Below are positions 61,447 to 64,000 of a DNA stretch of 64,000 nt, piece by piece (the stretch's first letter is position 1; each line of letters begins with the position of its first letter). Source of the DNA: Dendrobates tinctorius (Eukaryota). The translations under genes were made by a program, and so were the position numbers. Location: positions 2,108,001 through 2,172,000 of the forward strand of contig NW_027361997.1 of assembly GCF_039654945.1 (NCBI RefSeq). Reading direction: 5' to 3'. The notes beneath the pieces were generated by a model. That model made no database searches and was not told where the DNA came from. It saw only the letters and a list, made by a program, of their open reading frames with translations.

Positions 61447-64000
61447 TTTTTACTCTTCGCCACGACAGCACCCACTTGGAGAGAGGGATCCGCCCATAGG
61501 AACAGGAAACCTACAGAGATAAGAGGGCGGTCCGCCTCTCCCCCTCAGTTGGTTTCCTGTTCCTAAGGGGAACCGCAGGATACGCTACAGTCTTACCTGG
61601 GCCAAGTAACCGCCTGTGCAGTGCCTGCGAGAACGGCAGGGGTTCCGGTCCAGAGGCAGCGACGGGGGGAGTGCTGGAATCCGGCTCCCTCCTCGGCTGG
61701 TATGGACGGATGGAGCAGAAACACCGGTACCGGGTGGCGCCGACCGGGTGTTTTTCTGATAGTGACATGACACCGGCGGGAGGATCTATTTCGGTCCATG
61801 TGGGGGCACAGGAACCGGAGAAACGGCGTTCCTAAGGGCTTCAGCGTCCAGGAGGACGCACAGGCAGCGCGGCAGGAAGTGGTAAGGAGGAACTTCGGGT
61901 TACCGGAGGTTCCTCGGCTCACAGCGCACGCGCGGCTGGGCGGCACTGCAAGCGTAGAGGCGCTCCCCGCCCCCTCCAGAGGGGGAAGAGAAAAAAACCG
62001 ATTTAACCTGCAGAGCGTGGGCGGCTAGAGTCAGCGCTGAAGCGCATACTAATGAGCCGCAAATAGGCGCACCTGGAGGGGGAGGTACCAGGTGTGAAGG
62101 GGCTTACAAAAGGCCTGGGGCAAAGGGATACGGCGTGCAATCATGTCTTCACCAAGGCAGGACACGCATCCCCAGGCAGGCGATGCAGCAGCAGCCAAGG
62201 GCCACGCAAGACGAGGTTCCTCAGATCGTAGCCACAGAAGCCACGCCAACAAGCCTCCTTCTCAGCCTCCTGAGCCGGTACCTACAGCTTCTCTGGGTGA
62301 GTGGACGACGCTCTGCCTATCAAGCTGATAAAATGTCTCTCTCTCTCTCCCTCTCCCCTCCGTCATGATGTCTCTATCTCAGACTAAGGGGAAGGAAAAA
62401 TCAAAAAATAATGTGCCCTGTGTACACGTCCGCTACCGGACTCTTACACAAAAAGGCTATGCAAAAGATGCATTAACGAAACAGCAAAACAGGCATCAAC
62501 ATCAGCCGCAGATATAAGGGCCATAATTAGGGAAGAACTACAGGCCTTAAACCAGTCTAGCAGGCCTACTAATATCGAAACTACTAAGCCAGCAGGGGCC
62601 GTAGACACCGATGAGGGCGAAGTAGCCTCAGATAGTTCCAATGCATCCACATCAGCATCCTCCTCAGATATGGAGGGCCGTTGCTGTTTTCCTTTAGATC
62701 ATATGGACAATTTAGTTAAATCCGTGAGGAATACAATGGGATGCACAGACACAAAGGAGCCGCAAACGACTCAAGAAATTATGTTTGCGGGTCTGACAGA
62801 CAGAAAGAGGAGAGTTTTTCCGGTTATCCCAGCAATAAAAGCTCTGGTTAAGAAGGAATGGGAGAGACAGGACCAGAGAGGGTATCTTCCCTCAACCTCA
62901 AAGAGAAGGTACCCCTTTAGCGACGAAGAGTTGTCGACGTGGATTAAGGTCCCGAAGGTGGACGCGGCAGTGGCCTCCGCCTCAAAGCAAACGATCTTAC
63001 CAGTGGAGGACACAGGGGTTCTAAAAGACCCTCTTGACAGCAAAGCTGACGCCTCATTGAAGAGGGTATGGGACGCAGCTACCGGCACGTTTAAACCGGC
63101 AATAGCTAGTACATGCACAGCTCGTTCTATGCTGGTCTGGATCGATCAACTAGACCAGCAAATAGACCAGAAGATCTCCAGAGACAAGCTACGAGCCGCC
63201 ATACCACTAATCCGGGGTGCAGCAGCATATATAGCGGATGCTTCTGCCGATTCCTTACGCATGGCAGCCAGAACAGCAGGGTTGGCTAATAACGCCAGAC
63301 GTAGCCTTTGGTTTAAAAGCTGGAGAGGTGACACCCAGTCCAAAGCAAAGCTGTGTAACATTCCTTGCGAGGGTGAGTTCTTATTTGGGAAAGCCTTAGG
63401 TGAAATCCTTACGAAGGCAAAAGAAAGGAAGAAAGGATTCCCTTACCCTCCACTCCCATTTTATAGGAGGTTGTTTAGGAGAAGACCATTTGGCCGGGGA
63501 AGACCAGCAGAAAATCAAAACCGCTGGGCCACAAAGGAAGGAAAGGGCAAAGGTGCCATGTTTAGGGGATCCTCCTTCCGCAGGGACAGGAACTGAGGAG
63601 CCAGTCCCTCCAGTAGGAGGGAGACTAAAATATTTTTTTCGAGAATGGGAGAAAATTATGGCTAGCCCTTGGGTCCTGAGCATTATTAAAGAAGGGTTAA
63701 AGATAGAATTCCATCATGTACCCCGTAATTCATTAATCATAACATCCTTCATCTCATCAATCCAACAGCAGGCCCTGGAGGCTGAGATTTGGAACCTACT
63801 GGACAAAAAAGTTTTGGTCCATGTGCCTAAAGGGCAGGAAGGGAGAGGATTTTACTCCCCTCTCTTTCTGATATCTAAACCAGACGGATCATTCCGGACG
63901 ATAATCAACTTGAAGAAATTAAATTCATTTATAATAAATCATAAATTTAAAATGGAATCCATAAGATCCACGATTAAGCTCCTCTTCCCCAATTGTATGA
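61447..64000 (+). mobile_element. Third DIRS1-type element (DIRS-C, same family as DIRS-A), truncated by the window end
   Basis: Left ITR TTTTTACTCTTCGCCACGACAGCACCCACT nearly identical to 30881. Open gag frame to 63596 and an open pol frame (PVGGRL..GFYSPLFLISKPDGSFRTIINLK) to the window end. Confidence 0.93.
62412..63596 (+). CDS. DIRS-C gag-like ORF1 (CxxC..CxxC plus LAP2alpha-like region)
   Basis: CALC..LCKRC from 62412 runs in frame into the 308-aa ORF 62670-63596. A small frame-breaking deletion lies just upstream of 62412 relative to DIRS-A. Confidence 0.75.
   Translation, partial: CALCTRPLPDSYTKRLCKRCINETAKQASTSAADIRAIIREELQALNQSSRPTNIETTKPAGAVDTDEGEVASDSSNASTSASSSDMEGRCCFPLDHMDNLVKSVRNTMGCTDTKEPQTTQEIMFAGLTDRKRRVFPVIPAIKALVKKEWERQDQRGYLPSTSKRRYPFSDEELSTWIKVPKVDAAVASASKQTILPVEDTGVLKDPLDSKADASLKRVWDAATGTFKPAIASTCTARSMLVWIDQLDQQIDQKISRDKLRAAIPLIRGAAAYIADASADSLRMAARTAGLANNARRSLWFKSWRGDTQSKAKLCNIPCEGEFLFGKALGEILTKAKERKKGFPYPPLPFYRRLFRRRPFGRGRPAENQNRWATKEGKGKGAMFRGSSFRRDRN

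Overview
Repeat-dense vertebrate genomic DNA. It is most likely an anuran frog, inferred from the FAX-type zinc-finger exons, the V-SINE, three DIRS1-type elements and TTAA/TWA MITE families. Almost all of the window is transposable elements and tandem repeats. In order: (1) the 3' end of a degenerate Gypsy-type LTR element carrying a processed, intronless fragment of the non-muscle myosin MYH9 tail just before its PPT and 3' LTR; (2) a nest of MITE, solo LTR, Tc1 and foldback hAT elements, plus a foldback mariner; (3) a ~15.7 kb 16/32-bp minisatellite containing a near-complete two-gene PIF/Harbinger transposon and two MITEs; (4) a small CpG-rich promoter/first-exon candidate followed by a 72-bp minisatellite; (5) a Tc1 split by two full-length DIRS1-type tyrosine-recombinase retrotransposons, which are themselves hit by L2, V-SINE, piggyBac-type and MITE insertions; (6) more Tc1, L1 and solo-LTR nests and a 133-N gap; (7) two coding exons of an amphibian FAX-type zinc-finger gene; (8) a third, better-preserved DIRS running off the window end. 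The main leads are the myosin-tail capture, conserved splice signals in the DIRS elements that could join one leader exon to either gag or pol, two independent transposase-derived palindromes, a long hairpin between the convergent Harbinger genes, and a degenerate hammerhead-ribozyme motif. Family assignments come from motif recognition by eye; no database search was run.
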